From assembly GCA_029953675.1 (NCBI GenBank), contig JAMWBK010000003.1:2666001-2730000 (forward strand): 64,000 nucleotides of DNA, given 5' to 3'. The first letter of the stretch is position 1; every line of letters begins with the position of its first letter. Under the pieces are notes generated by a model. It was given only the letters and a program-made list of their open reading frames with translations, ran no database searches and was not told the DNA's origin. Below are positions 35,249 to 48,407 of the stretch, piece by piece. This stretch comes from Rhodosorus marinus CCMP1338 (taxonomy: Eukaryota > Plantae > Rhodophyta). Position numbers and translations under genes: made by a program.

Positions 35249-37698
35249 ATGGGTTTTATTGCAAGTGGTTGGGTAGGAAGAAGTGGGCTTGGGAGAAAGC
35301 TGAGCAGTAGAAGGAGGCCGGTTGATTTTGAAGGTTTTCCGGAGCCGGAGTTGGAGGGTCTTCCTGACTCGGAGTTGACTCGTTTACGCTATTTTAGGCA
35401 AGCGCACAGTAGGAACTTCGAAGCGCATGTGATGAGGTAAGGCAATTGATGAGAGTATTTTCGTACGGAGGGGAACTATTTTTGATGTGGTCAAAGTCCG
35501 AACGAATAGCCTTTCATGGCTTTTTCTTTGTTTAGTATGTCGCTACCCCATACAAGGACGGAGACGGAGCCAATCGACATTGAAGACCTTCGTCCGAAAA
35601 GGAAGAAGCTGCGTCGAGGGGAGCAGGTCGAGGTGAATATCACTGAGTTAGCTTCGACAGGAGAAGGTAGACTATAAATACTCGTCACTGTTCAGGAACC
35701 AGAGTTGTAGGAACATAAAATTCTCAACAAGGACAGTGAATATTGTGTTTCTCTTCTGGCATTCAGGGGTAGCAAAACTCGACAGCGGAATGGTTGTTTT
35801 TGTTGAGCGAGGACATCCTGGATCACGGGTAGTCGCGGAAGTGTTCAACTCCAGAAAAGACCACGCTTACGCAAAAGTCATCTCGGTCGTTAATCCTTCA
35901 GAAAATACCATCAAACCGATATGCAAGCACTATCCCACGTGTCGCGGCTGCAAGTTCCAGGACCTCAAGTATTCTGCTCAGATGCACGAGAAACATAAGC
36001 AAGTTGAGAACCTCTTCCGAGAGTACACTGATATCCCAGTTTTTCCTATAATTGGGTAAGAACGAAAAACCGTGCGGAGAGGACGACGGAGCTCAAGGGC
36101 AGTGCGTCTCAAAAACTTTTGCTGGTGCTTTTGTCCATTCGTTAGGTCAGACAGTCCGTTTCAATACAGAAACAAGATGGAGTTTACGTACGGGACGAAA
36201 CGATATCATCCGGATGGACCACCAGCGGAACGACCGGCTGGAGATGAGTTCATCCTCGGAATGAATGCACCAAGGGCTTGGGACAAGGTCATTGAACTTG
36301 ACGAATGCCACCTGATGGTAATCATCGTCGCACCCCAACCAAAGATGGTCTTCTTTAGCGAGACAACGGCTAGGAGCCTCTTGTTGTTTCGAAGACAAAA
36401 ACCCCCTTCTCAAACGTCTTGTGGTTCCCGTTTTGCTCCGGTTTGGCTTGCTTTTCGTTTTGACTAGCCGGAGCCAGGAACTGAGATTTTTAACTTGGCG
36501 AGGGACTTGACGCGTGAAACAAAGTTCCCCGCATACGACAACTATGCGCATGAAGGCTTTTTTAGAAACCTCGTACTTCGGTTTGCTTCCAATGGAAAGG
36601 GAGAGACGGAGGTTATGGTCAATATCGTGACGTCGTTCACTGATGCCGAGCAGATGCTTAAACTGGTTGCCGAAAAGCTCGTTTCCAAGTTTCCTTGTAT
36701 CGTGTCTGTGATGCACAGTATGACGACAAGTAAAGGTGAGACCCACGCCCGAAGCTACATATATATATTTTGGTCATGGGTTAGCTGTTGCTGTTGCTTG
36801 GTGAGATTGACTTGAAGCATTGTGACTTCACGAATCCTCTGAAAACAAGGTGGGAGCACTGTGGCGGAGAAGCAGGTGTTACTTCATGGGCGGGCGTACA
36901 TTGAGCAACGGCTGAGAGGCCTTGTTTTTCGCATATCGTCGAGTTCATTTTTCCAACCCAACCCTGGAACAGCAGAGAAGCTCTACAAAGTGATCGAGGA
37001 TTTCGCGGAACTAACTCCGGAGCACACTGTTTTGGATCTATTTTGCGGGACTGGAACTATCGGACTCTCCTTGGCTGGAAGCTGCAAGTAAGTGCACCCC
37101 TCGGTAGTATTGAATACGAGCGACAATGAGGAGAAAATCCCTCGTTCCGTTGTTTGCTCTGTTTCTAAGGTTCTATCTTCACACTTTGATCGTAGACATG
37201 TTCATGGGCTTGAGCTGGTGGAGGCAGCTGTCCAGGATGCAGAGAACAATGCTACGAGGAACAGCATATTTAATGCAACGTTTAAACAAGCGAATTTGGA
37301 TTTGACCAAAATATCTCCGCATGAGCTGGACCTGCCGAAGTCGGATGTCATTGTCTTGGATCCCCCGCGGGCTGGGCTCCACCCAAGGCTTGTAAAGTAA
37401 GTCTCCACTGGGGAGGGATTCTTTCACCTCATTAAGATTGTTTTGAACGCATTCTTAGAAGTATTCACTGCGTCTCTTCAGGTGGTTGAAGCTGACGCTT
37501 CCTAAGCGTATCGTCTATGCAAGCTGCAACCCATCCACACAAGTGCGAGACGTGAACAGACTTTGTGAAGATAATGGACCTTATCGCTTGACGAAGATCC
37601 AACCCGTCGACCAGTTCCCTAACACACCTCATTGTGAATGCGTCGTCGCATTGGAGCTTCGCGAAGACTACAAACAACCATCAGAATTCTACGCGTAG
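35249..37698 (+). CDS. RlmD/RumA (TrmA-family) RNA m5U methyltransferase with TRAM domain, probably organelle-targeted, multi-exon
   Basis: TRAM segment GEQVEVNITELASTGEGVAK, Fe-S motif CKHYPTCRGC, YRNKMEF, LDLFCGTGTIG, LDPPRAG, YASCNPST and VDQFPNTPHCEC. N-terminus MGFIASG. Confidence 0.92.
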
Positions 37699-37953
37699 AT
37701 ACAATCCATTTCAGCGCAGGCTCTTCCAGGAGGGGACATCGAGGAAGCAAGGAATTGAAAGACTCGTAGGAAGCTAGGAGCGAGCCCTGTCTTTGTGGCA
37801 TAGCTGAAATGGTTGGGTGACGACTGATACTGCTTAGAAAGAACGAGTCGACTCAAGATTGATTTTACTACCTCCTCCTGGGAAAGATTCTTGGGAAGGA
37901 GTAGCAGAGGTTGCAGCGGGTTTTCTCCTTCTGTTCGCTTTCTATGTATGCCG

Positions 37954-39186
37954 TCACGACGGCTCTTTACTGTTATTTGTAAACTCTATGGTATTCATTA
38001 GCTTTTGTACTGCGTCATTTATCAGGCGCTCACCAGCCTCGGTACTGGCCTGCGTAGGGTCACCAACCACGCCGGACGCGTTCAGGTCTTCAGTTTTCCA
38101 GCCGAACATGACGTCATCTCCGTAGGGGCAGATCGGAGATTCAAGATAAGCGCTTTTGTGATCTGTCAACTTTTCGTTCTGAACATGTTCCGGCATGAGA
38201 TACATCATTGCAGATGTCTCAATCGCGCCAGCATGAATATCATACCTGAAATAGGTTTTTTACAGGGGTTGCCGGTAGATCGTACACGGACGGTTTGACC
38301 GAGTAGAAGTGAAGAAGAAGAGAGGACATTGTTAAGCGCAGAAGGTCATACGAAGCCGAAGGCAGCAGTCCGCTTGTTTTGTTGAACGTGGGGCTCATCG
38401 CATACTTCAATAGGCTCTCGCTGAAGAGCTCATTCGCATTCCATGCACGTTGCAGATGCAGACCTACAGCGAACATCTTCAGCTCAAAGCGAAGGCGACG
38501 GCATAGAATCTCAACGTTCTGGGTTTGTCCTAGGTGTGCGTTGAACGAGTAGCAGAAAATTTCTGAATGATTGCGAAATCAATCATAGTTGCCCATAAGC
38601 GCATGTGAAGGGCAAGGGCATACCTCCATGTCCGTTGAGAACAATCAGCCTTCGTAAGCCGCTTCTGCGGACGCTCTCACATACCTGAAACCACAGGTCG
38701 ATAAGCGTTGAGTCTGAGATAGTGAGCGTCCCGCAGAAACTGGAGTGCTCCGTGCTTGCGCCAATGCTAAGCGTCGGTAGCACCACTGCTCTCCGGACCT
38801 GAGTCGTGGACAGAGAAGAGGGTGCTAACCTGAGCTGGGTCCCACTGCGCCTCGCGTATAATCTGCGAAAATGGTGTGCAAGTATTTTCACGTACTTCAT
38901 CTTCTACGGCGTGCTGATCACGGAGAACTTTCAACACGCCGTCGACCAGGAAGGAATCAGTTCCAAGCGCAAGGTGGGATCCATGGGATTCAACCGCTCC
39001 GACGGGGAGAATTGCCGTCTTCAACCTCTCACCAACCTGTTTCAACGCACACGGGAACAAAGAAGGGCTTTCATCGCTCAGTTTGAAATCCAAAGCAGAG
39101 CTGATTTCTTGGGAGTGAAATCGGATCGGCTTAACTATGCTCTGCCGCAGATCTTCTGAGCTGAGATCTGACCATCTCACAGCCAT
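37954..39186 (-). CDS. Creatininase / creatinine amidohydrolase family protein, multi-exon
   Basis: Motifs PVGAVESHGSHLALGTD, GASTEH...GTL, LNGHGG, DIHAGAIETS and WKTEDLNASGVVGDP, joined by canonical introns. Confidence 0.9.
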
Positions 39187-39493
39187 GCCATATATTTAGA
39201 GATTCTACGGTTCCTATTCTTCGAACGAAAACGCAGTCTTCTTGCGTCAAAAACCTGTTCGATGAAGCAGGGTATTCGGGATGGACGTTTATCATAGTAA
39301 CCATCTCCAATCCGATTGGAGTCGAATGGTAGTCCGCAATCCCATCGTGGGGGCTAAGTAGGATTTCAATCCAAACGAGAAAGAACCAGAAATGATGCTC
39401 TTAAGCAACGTGAGGAGACATGTATCAGTAGATGAGTCAGAAGCAACCGCATGAAGTGAACCGTTAACGATCAGGGCTGCTTTGGGTCTCGTG

Positions 39494-42400
39494 ATGGAAG
39501 AAGCTCGGGAGGTTTTCCTTGGCTTTCGTGGCGTTCTTAAGGAAACCGAGGATCCTAGCTTGGCGTTGAAGAATGTCGTAATGGATTTGGAATCCATTGC
39601 GGGCACTGACCGAGGTGCAGATCGTGGAGGCTATGATAAGCAGACCCAGGTCGCTTTCATTCACAGGTACCTGGATGGGAGCATATCTCTGGTCCTGGAG
39701 CATTTGGTCGAAATCGAGGAAGGTGGGGTCCTCGAAGGGGATCTGGTGGCTCAAATTCAGATGCTTCTGTTCAATTTGCCCGCTCCGGCTTCGAGCTTCT
39801 ACATTTTGACGACCTTTCTGTGGACTAGCAAAGTACGACCAATACTACCCATCCCCGTTCTGTCGTTTCACAGAGCTCGTGTCTCGGAGAGAAAAACTAT
39901 GTAATTGCTAATCACGCTTCTTCTTGCACAGGACACGGGAGGCAGAAAAGCGCCTTTTGTGATTGTCGAGATCCTTGAACGCTACATAAGCAAATCTCAT
40001 CGTTTATCCCGAATTATTGAGGATCTGGATTGCAAAGATGAAGGTAAGCCGAACTCAAAACAAACGACCGGATTCTACTCGTGCAGACTTTCAGTCAGCA
40101 AAGGAAAGGCTCCAATATGATTCATTTTTTTACCCTCTATCCGTTGCGTCCTTGTACGAATTTTTTTGATTACCAGCGACGCGGAACAGGACGATCTCAG
40201 CGCTTGTCACGCTACCTGATCGCGTATCCAACGTACTAAGACAGGCTCCAGCGGTTGGGTCTCCACTTGGTGAGAACGAATACTGTCAGAAACTTGCAAA
40301 GGCTCTGTGGCGATCATTTCAGTTGAACACGCAGAGAAGCTGCGTCCCGACCATCATCAATAGAGTAGCTAGCTCAGGCGGAGGAAGGACCGCCAGTCTT
40401 CTCGTACGTGGTTTACTGCAGTCCGCTGAATCCACCAACGACCCCGGATCAGGAGCAACCCTGAAACTAGGAAAACTCCTTTCGGAGACTTCAACTCTAG
40501 CGTCGGAACTGATTCTTCGGTCGCTCATCGCAATTCACTCAAAGTTCATGGAGAAGGTAGGCCGTAGTTAATCATCGCAAGTCCTCGGATTCGTCTGCCT
40601 ACTTGGCTGAACAAGGCGTCTCCAACAAAGTTCCACTGAACCCTGAAACATTTGCTAGCTCTAAAACAATACTAAGATTCTCTTCTACCGAAAAACATCT
40701 TTTTCGCTCAGGTCCTGCTTGAGTTTCTGAAGGAGAGCGAAACTGCCCTTCACCTAGCTGGGGCTGGCCTAGTTTTAAAGCGACCGATTATCAAAGGTTC
40801 AGATGTGAACCTGTTTGTGTCCAGTGCGAGCAGAGCCTCGGAGTCGTCTAAAGTCTTGAACAAGAAATTCTTCCTCAGAAGCGTGATCCTGTCTTGGTCA
40901 CAGGCTGATGTTAGTTCGTTTGGAGACCTTCCGATGGAGCGACAGAGAACGAGGGTGGTGTTGCTATGGTTGAGAAGCTGCAGGAACGAAGACTTCGTCG
41001 CGGTGGAGGATCAAGGCCTTATTCTGGCGGATGGAATACAGCGCAGGTTTCAGAGCCCTGAAAAGAAGATAAGGTTCTTCGGGATGGTGGTTGGAGAGTG
41101 CTTCTCTAATGTCATTGAGCACCCTGAAAAGCTGCGTTTTGACTACGATTCGGATGCTCAGCTGGAGGAGGAGGACATTGAGTTACGGCGCCTGTCACGG
41201 TTGGGGGATGCAGAGGTCGTATCTGCGCCGGGAGCGTCGAACGATGAGAACCGCATGGCTGTGGAGGAACACCCTCAGCAGGATCGTGACGACGGTCGGA
41301 GCTTTGAAGACAGCGATATGGAAAGCTTGGAGGCGTACGATTTGAGCGATGACAGCGAACAGGAGTCGCTGTTGAAAAAGCAGGTTTACGCGACGTCTTC
41401 TATTTTTCGCCTGCTGAACCTGATTCGAGATTTTAATCGTGGAGAGGAAAACGCTACGGACCCGCAACTACTGCTGGAGGCGCTGAACAGTGTGGATAGA
41501 GAAGCGAAGAGGCGATCTCCCAGCGCAGTCCACTATTCCCCTGAGCTATCGCGATCCATACTGGCGGTTTCACCCGGAAAGTTCCCACCGGAAGAGGAGA
41601 AAATGGTATTGCAGCACCACCACTGCCGAGCAGCTAGTTAGATATTTAACACGGAGTCACCCATATTCCTGAATTCACAGATCGAGAAGGCTCGGAGCAG
41701 TTCGCTAGAAAACCTTGCACAGTTGGACATCGGTCGTGTGGGTGATATGTTAATAACTGTAGGTCCATGCCCCATTCACTTGTCTGAGTGTCAATTGATC
41801 CCTCGTCATGGTGAAGAGCGGAAGCATACCCCTCCGAATCCGATACCATGTCGAAAACAGCACGGAGCCATGCCTGCTGCGTCCTCGAGCCTTCGCCTCT
41901 TTTAGAGCCGATTGCCCAAGCTCAAAGGTTCTTAACGCTACTGCTGCTTCTACTCTATTCTTCTACTTGTTTTGCGCAGAAAATTATTTATGGGACTGGT
42001 TCTGTTCTTTCTCTGCGATCTGAAGCGCTTCGGTTGCTGTCACGAGGAGCGAGGCTCACCTGCGACAGATTCGAACGCGAAAGAGATGGAGGTGCTGACG
42101 TAGTAAGCATGGACATCAAGGGAGCCGCGGAAGGTGAGAAGAGAGCGGAGGAAGCAAGAGTAATCGGGAAGGTGATCCGCAGGAACGAAAGAGCTCTTGC
42201 GAAGGAGAAATCGCAACAGGCGAAAGTTCGGAATCGCTTTGCTGGTTCAGCGTGGGATTTATTTCAGAGTCTCTCTTGGGGCTTAAGAGGACACGGTGGA
42301 GTGCTGAAGGATGCTAAATCAGACTACAGGCTTCCTATACGCTTGGATGGTCAGGATACTTCGCTTCTGTCCCAGATCATAGCTACCCTCAGTGTCTTCA

Positions 42401-42861
42401 CTAGCTGCGCTGGTCCACAGTGCCTCGAGAGGGATAAGATGGCGGAGGAGCTTGCAATGATTGCTCTCTCCCGTCATGATGCCAAAGGTACTCGGTTCCG
42501 ACGTCCGGTTTTACGCTGCAACTGTCAGCACAGCTCGGTATGCTAATCAAGGATCGATGCTCTTCTGTTTCGGATCATCACGTGTTTAGAGGCGGTCATT
42601 CGCCGTGCAAGCATGCTCGCCCTCGGATCCGCCGTAGATGCTCTATCTTCCCACAATCTTTTGGACCTGCAGGTGCGACTCGCAAAAGACAATGTCGACA
42701 TATGGGAGCTTCTGCAAGTCAAGGCAGAATTCGACCCAGACGATGCTACCAGGAGATTTGCTGCGTCCTCATCTGCGCGGTGGGCATCCAAAGTATCAAC
42801 GGCCGAAGCACCACCGAGGAAAACCACAGAATTGAAGCTTCCTTGGCTTAATAGTCCGTGA
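39494..42861 (+). CDS. TELO2: Telomere length regulation protein TEL2 homolog (TTT complex), multi-exon
   Basis: LVTLPDRVSN, GIQRRFQSPEKKIRFFGMVVGE, acidic SLEAYDLSDD, GKVIRR...NRFAG, LLSQIIATL, AVIRRASMLAL and DPDDATRR follow the Tel2 motif order. Confidence 0.85.
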
Positions 42862-44853
42862 CATGGCTTCCCCTACGGATGAGCTTCTCTCTGATGACTC
42901 CCGCGAGGTGAAGTGAGCCAAGTACTAGAACGTATCCGTTGGTCTCCTTAGCTAACAGAACAGACCGTTCAATGGCGTCACTCGGGTCCTCAACCGCCTC
43001 CACCTTTGTGTCACAAGATTGACTGTCAAATGCCACTTTCATCTGAATCGACGAGAAACAGTTGCATAGAGGACCGGCCAAATAGCATGATATCAGATCG
43101 ATATAACGGTGGCTCTGACAGACCCGCCGATCACCGTGGTGACCGGAGGGTCCTCCCCGCTCCTAGGGAGGCTGGAAGAGAAGAGCCAGGCTAGCGACGT
43201 ATTTAAATGAACAGCGTTTACCTGTGCTGAAGAGGTGTATCTCGAACTCTTCCCAATCCGAGTGGTCACGATTCTATGGAAGGGTACTTGGGCCTCCAGT
43301 GCCTTGGAGGCGATGGCTTTCTCATCCTTGTCACTGCCAACTGCAATCTGAATTAAGCAACGGTTACGAGCGCGCAGAATTTGCAAAGCTAAGCCTTCTT
43401 GAACTGGCACGAAAGTTATTTGAAGTTTGTGCGAGCAGTCCCGCCGAAGGGGTTGCTTCTTACCAGGAGCACTTGGGGTCCGATCCCGTAGTTCTGAACG
43501 TGCGCTTCAGAGACAGCGGCTCTAACTGACTCGGGCACATGTGCGCCGTCAATGACAACCGGCACACCTTTGTATTCGAGCAGTTCCATCCTACCCTTGA
43601 GCACCTTCGACGCTCGATTGCGCAGATCGTTGTTGATCAGAGCTCCAGTGAGTGCTGCACCTGTTCGTTTCGATACAACCCCACGGTGTCCCATCTCTTC
43701 GAGTGTGCTCGCTGGCCGGTTCCGAAAGCAGCGAACAGTTCAGCTAGGCCAAATCGCTCAGGAAGCTTGGATAAAGAGGCTTCTTACCTGCGATCCTGGC
43801 ATTGACCTCCGTGAAGGATTCGCTGGGCTTCAAGGCGGGCACAAAGACAGGCTCTAGGGCCTGTGCATCAGCAGCACATTTCATGATTTGCTCAACGACC
43901 TCGCTGTCGGAGGGTTGGACGCCAATGATGACCGAGCATCCTCTTTTCCTTATGATTCCAGCCTTCTCGTAAGCAATTTCTCTGCGTCCTGGTCCGATGA
44001 TCGCCTGGTGTTCGAGCATAATATTGGTAATCACGCAAAACTCCGAGTCTAGGACGTTAGTCGAGTCCAGGCGTCCACCTAGACCGACTTCAACGATCGC
44101 CCAATCGACTTTCTCTTCAGCGAGCAGGGCGAGGCCAGCCGCAGCAAGAGAGTCGAACCAGGTGGATGAATGAAGCTCGTACTTGGCTCTGACATCCAGA
44201 ACGCTCTCGAGCGATTTCGCTAGTAAATCATCATCACACTGAAAGGCAGCGGTGAGTCGCGGGGCTTGGATCAGCAAGTGTTGGAGAAGGCGTCGATTGA
44301 TGGAGGGGGGCTCCTTACCTCGTCCAGATCAATCAAGACGCGTTCATTCACTCTGTTCACGTGGGGAGAACAGAAGCAACCCGTTCGAAATCCTTCTTGT
44401 TGAAGAGCTGAAGCGATCAACGCCACGACGGATCCCTTTCCTTTGGAGCCGGTTACGTGGACCGTTCGAAGCGTCTTTTGAGGACTGCCGAGTTTTTCCA
44501 GAAGATCTCGACACGGGGATGAGCTCACCCTCATCAGCCGGTTCTCACCCACAGATCGGTGGGACCTCTCCCAGTCCACAAGTTCGTCTAGGCGAGAGAG
44601 CGACTTCTCAAGCTTGGAGGAGTACTTGCTCCCATCTTTTGAAAAAGACGGAGAGGGCTTGCTTCGAGCAGCCAGCCTTCCAGCATCAACAACACAGGAA
44701 AACTTTTCTTAAGCATCCAGTGGAACCAAGAATCCATTACAGCAGGTTGGGTGCGCACTGATGTTTTGAACCCATGGCACGTACGTACTCCTTCTTCCAG
44801 GCACTACTTGATTGCCCCGAAAAGGAGCGTAAGATTCCATTCCGGATCACCAT
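42848..44853 (-). CDS. folC: Folylpolyglutamate/dihydrofolate synthase (FolC family), multi-exon
   Basis: VHVTGSKGKGS P-loop, SPH, EVGLGGRLDSTNV, IAYEKAGII, IDGAH and VLGSLHLAG. Likely first exon MVIRNGILRSFSGQSSSAWKK (organelle-presequence-like), spliced in phase 2. The start is less certain than the rest. Confidence 0.9.
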
Positions 44854-45199
44854 TCGAAACTGAAATCCACTGTCGAATGAAGCACAACCAAGATCACGAT
44901 TCTTCGTCGCGGGTTTTCACAACATTGCTACGTAAAGCGACTCTGAAGCACACCGTTCCGGTGCCCGCTTCGTGTTCGTCAATGGGACCGTCGTGGTTTG
45001 AGATTTGGAGTGCATGAATTTTTGTGTAGTTCACAAGTCAGCAGTCGCAACGAGCGGAGTGTTTCCCTTTCCTAGCACTCTGGACATGCGAAGGCCGAGG
45101 ACAAAGCTCGGTGGATGCTTGCGGATCTGATGAGGTGTTGGTCTGTGTGAAGCGATTCGCACTTTCTTATTTCTTCAGAGATCTAAAATGTGTCATAGC

Positions 45200-46020
45200 A
45201 ATGGGAACAGCGAAGCGCGCCCAGGTCATGCTTTTCTTGTGCAGTCATGCTCCTTTAGGTACTCAATAGGCGGAGGCTACTCTCCCCAGTCTGGAACCAG
45301 ACAGAGCATTTTCAAGCGAGATTGCTTGGTCTTCGCAATGCTGTTCCTGGACTGGCAGCATGAGGTTGATTGATCCTGGAAATCTTCATGCTTTGAATTA
45401 CAGAGCTCTTCACTTTTCAAGGATGGATCCCACAGCTCACAGTACAGTCGGATGCCCATTATCCAAAGTTGTTCTGAGAGACAGCGCTGTTTCCCACAAG
45501 TGCTCGTACTCGTCTTCATCAACAATACCGAGCCGTCCGCGATGTCCGGGAGCTCTGAATGATCACAAGCTGGGTTGCATTTCTGGCATTCCTAAGGAAG
45601 CTGAGGCTGGTCTCCACGTACTCGAACAGGATCATCAACATTAATCTCATCAACCTCACATCCAATGAAGTCGTGCTGCTTCTACCTGTCGTTGTGGTAA
45701 ATCATCGGCTGCAAAACAAGACGTAGTGACATGCCTAAAGACAGAACTCGAAAGCAAAATGAGTACCTATCAACAAGAGTTCTAGGGTACCTGCACGTTC
45801 CAAACGTCACTCTCAGTTCGCAAAGGAGGAGCTGCCGAAACCCGGGGCCAGCCCCCAAGACGACATTTCCAGCTCTCCAACGGGAGATCCAAGTCACAGC
45901 ATCAGAGCGGGGGGCACTGGACTGCGAACGACAAAAGGCCCAGAGACAGAATCCAGCCTGCCAGAGAAAATTCATGCCAAAACAGGAATGTGAAACGGCG
46001 CGACAGGTCGAAAAGCCATC
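45200..46020 (-). CDS. Unidentified multi-exon hypothetical gene
   Basis: Coding-like segments (APGHRGRLGIVDEDEYEHLWETALSL, EVDEINVDDPVR) lie between canonical splice signals. A consistent model could not be fixed. Confidence 0.35.
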
Positions 46021-48407
46021 TCTTCACTTCTGGAGAACTACTTTTTCCCGACGATGCGCAACTCTGGTGCGCAGCTCTTTCCGCTTTCTTCTGCATCATC
46101 AAATACGGTGTCGCTTCTCGTGAAAAGCAATCTTTGCAGACGATCTTCACGAACTGAACCGGAGAAAGGGAAGAAAAACAAACAAGAGGGAGCGCACTCT
46201 CCAAAATCGAAAGCACGTCTCTATTGCCACGCTCACAGGGCGCGCCCAAAGTCGATTTTCTTTTTTTGGGGCATCAAACAACACAGAGTGTGTTTAGAAA
46301 ATTCTCATCAAAACAATGGAAACCTTCAAGGAAAAAATGGAAAAAAAAAAGGTAATTTGTATCCGATGAAGTTCTTCTTTTTGATTCACAGTACGTGAAA
46401 TTGTACGAATCCTATTCAAGACCGTAGCATCGTCATCGAGTGAATTTCAAATAAAACAATAGGGTGGGGTAAGCTCAGGTATCTTCGGTAGAAAATACTG
46501 CCCAGCGGATTGGGGAAGGGGTAGACGTTTATTAGATAAATGGATATAGTATCCATTTTATTACATTAAATAGAACAATTGTTTTCGTTCGTGAGGGTGG
46601 GTAAAAATGCTAGTGTATTTGGATAAAGCTTTAATATGTGCCTTGTTATTTGTGGCGGGGTTTGAAATTCCACGTTGTCAATTTTTGCTAATTAATGAAA
46701 TATTTTGGTGGATCTGGCGATGATGAAAATCCCATGTTTGGGGGGGAAGGATGGTGAAGCGGCAGGGATTTTTTTGGCGAGACGGGATGATCGTGGGAAA
46801 GAAGGAAATTGATTGGATAATAATCCAATCAGTTATGTCAATTGTGCGGATCTTGATGGTAGATTGTGCTGTTTGGAAAATATCTGAACAGGTGGTCGCG
46901 ATACTGTCCAGTTGCATGTGGAGTGAATTGATTGGCTAAATATTCATATTCTCCTGACGTTGAGGGGTCGGCGCGGGCGCAAAACGCGAACGCACAAAAA
47001 CCGGCGCAAGCGACCTCGGTGGACTATAAACCGAGAGCGTTTCTCCAAATCTTCCTTCTGAGATCTATTTACCATGTTGTAATTGGCTACCGTGATCGTT
47101 TCTTCGATCATATCTTTTCTTGAATCTCCACTTTCTAGCCATTCAAGGTATTCCAAATATAATCTATTTTAGAATAAATTAGCCCCCTATGAATATCAAT
47201 CAGAAAAGATACAAATTTCACTCTCTCTTTGGCTGCTTTTGATAAATATATGAAAAACAATTTACACCTTGGCGATTTTTATTGGCCATCTCATCTTTCG
47301 CGCACCAAGAATCGACACCGGTCCTTCCAATTCGTTTTTTTCTCGTCCTTTCATGCATCACCCAAAGCAGCAGCAGCACGAAATCTAATCAAAACGGCTA
47401 TAGGCGTAAAAATATGAAAAACTCACATAAAAAGCACGAAGTTCTTTGCTCTGACGCCATGTACTCTACTCACCCCTTGGTCACTCGCCTTCCCCCCCCT
47501 TTAAAAGACTGCTTTGGAATCCGTTTTGCACTTAAATTGATTCCCAAAGCACTATATCCTAATTTACATCTGAGCCTTTTCCTGAAATTTCAGGGGGTTA
47601 TATCCCCCTGAGTTTTGCTTTTTGCAAGCAAAGTTACCCCCTCAGGAGAACAACTCGGAGTGATCGCTATCTTGCGCGAAACCCGTTTAGGGTTTTACTT
47701 AATGCCGTCCTCATAGAAACACAAGGGGTGGACCTCATCGCTTCCAAACTATGGAGTGGCAAGCTTTCCCTCCCTGCTTTGCTTTGTGGAACAATTCGAA
47801 TCCAATCAAATGATATTTCCGGGGGGTATACCGGAGAAACCAGCATCCAATTTTCAAAAAACCCAGTAGGGGGTTACTCAATTTTTCATCATTTGAAAAT
47901 AAAAAATAAATATATTGAAAACATATATTGAAGTAAGTGGAGGAGGACGAGGGATCGAGTAGTCTAGTATTGATGTACAATTCTGTCGTCACGGACCCAC
48001 CAGTTGCTGGTTTGAGGTTGTCACAACTGGAGAGTATCATACGGCTGAGCGGAGGGGTCGGCATTTTTTAGGCATCAGAAGTTTAGGAACTTCTCAAGGG
48101 TAGGAAACACGAGCAGGCTGGGTTGCCCGGTGGGAAAAAAAAAAGAGGGAGGGGGGGTTGGACAAGGGGAGGGTGGATCCTAGTTGTGTTTGTTTTTAGG
48201 GATGCACGCCATGGTTTCTGTTTGACAGAGTGCGAAGTGCTAGTATCTATATATATAGTAGGAGGCATACCATGTTGCCTTCTGCAAACTGCTGCCTTCT
48301 GCAAACGTTGAGGGGAGTCGGAACTGAACGTGAAGTGTCGTATTGAGAGTGTTCGTGGTTTCTGTGTTTGTTTTCGATTCTGTGAGTACTCGCGGTTTTT
48401 GGATAAG

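Noticed and set aside
38799-38895. Micro-exon plus 31-nt intron in the creatininase gene
   Set aside because: A single 97-nt intron (38895-38799) gives the family-typical spacing between the TD and VLP motifs.
44600-44640. Apparent missing folC start codon (ATGGGAGC one base out of frame), suggesting a second frameshift or a fusion with upstream exons
   Set aside because: A phase-2 intron of about 110 nt from an upstream exon MVIRNGILRSFSGQSSSAWKK (ATG 44853) restores the frame without any error.
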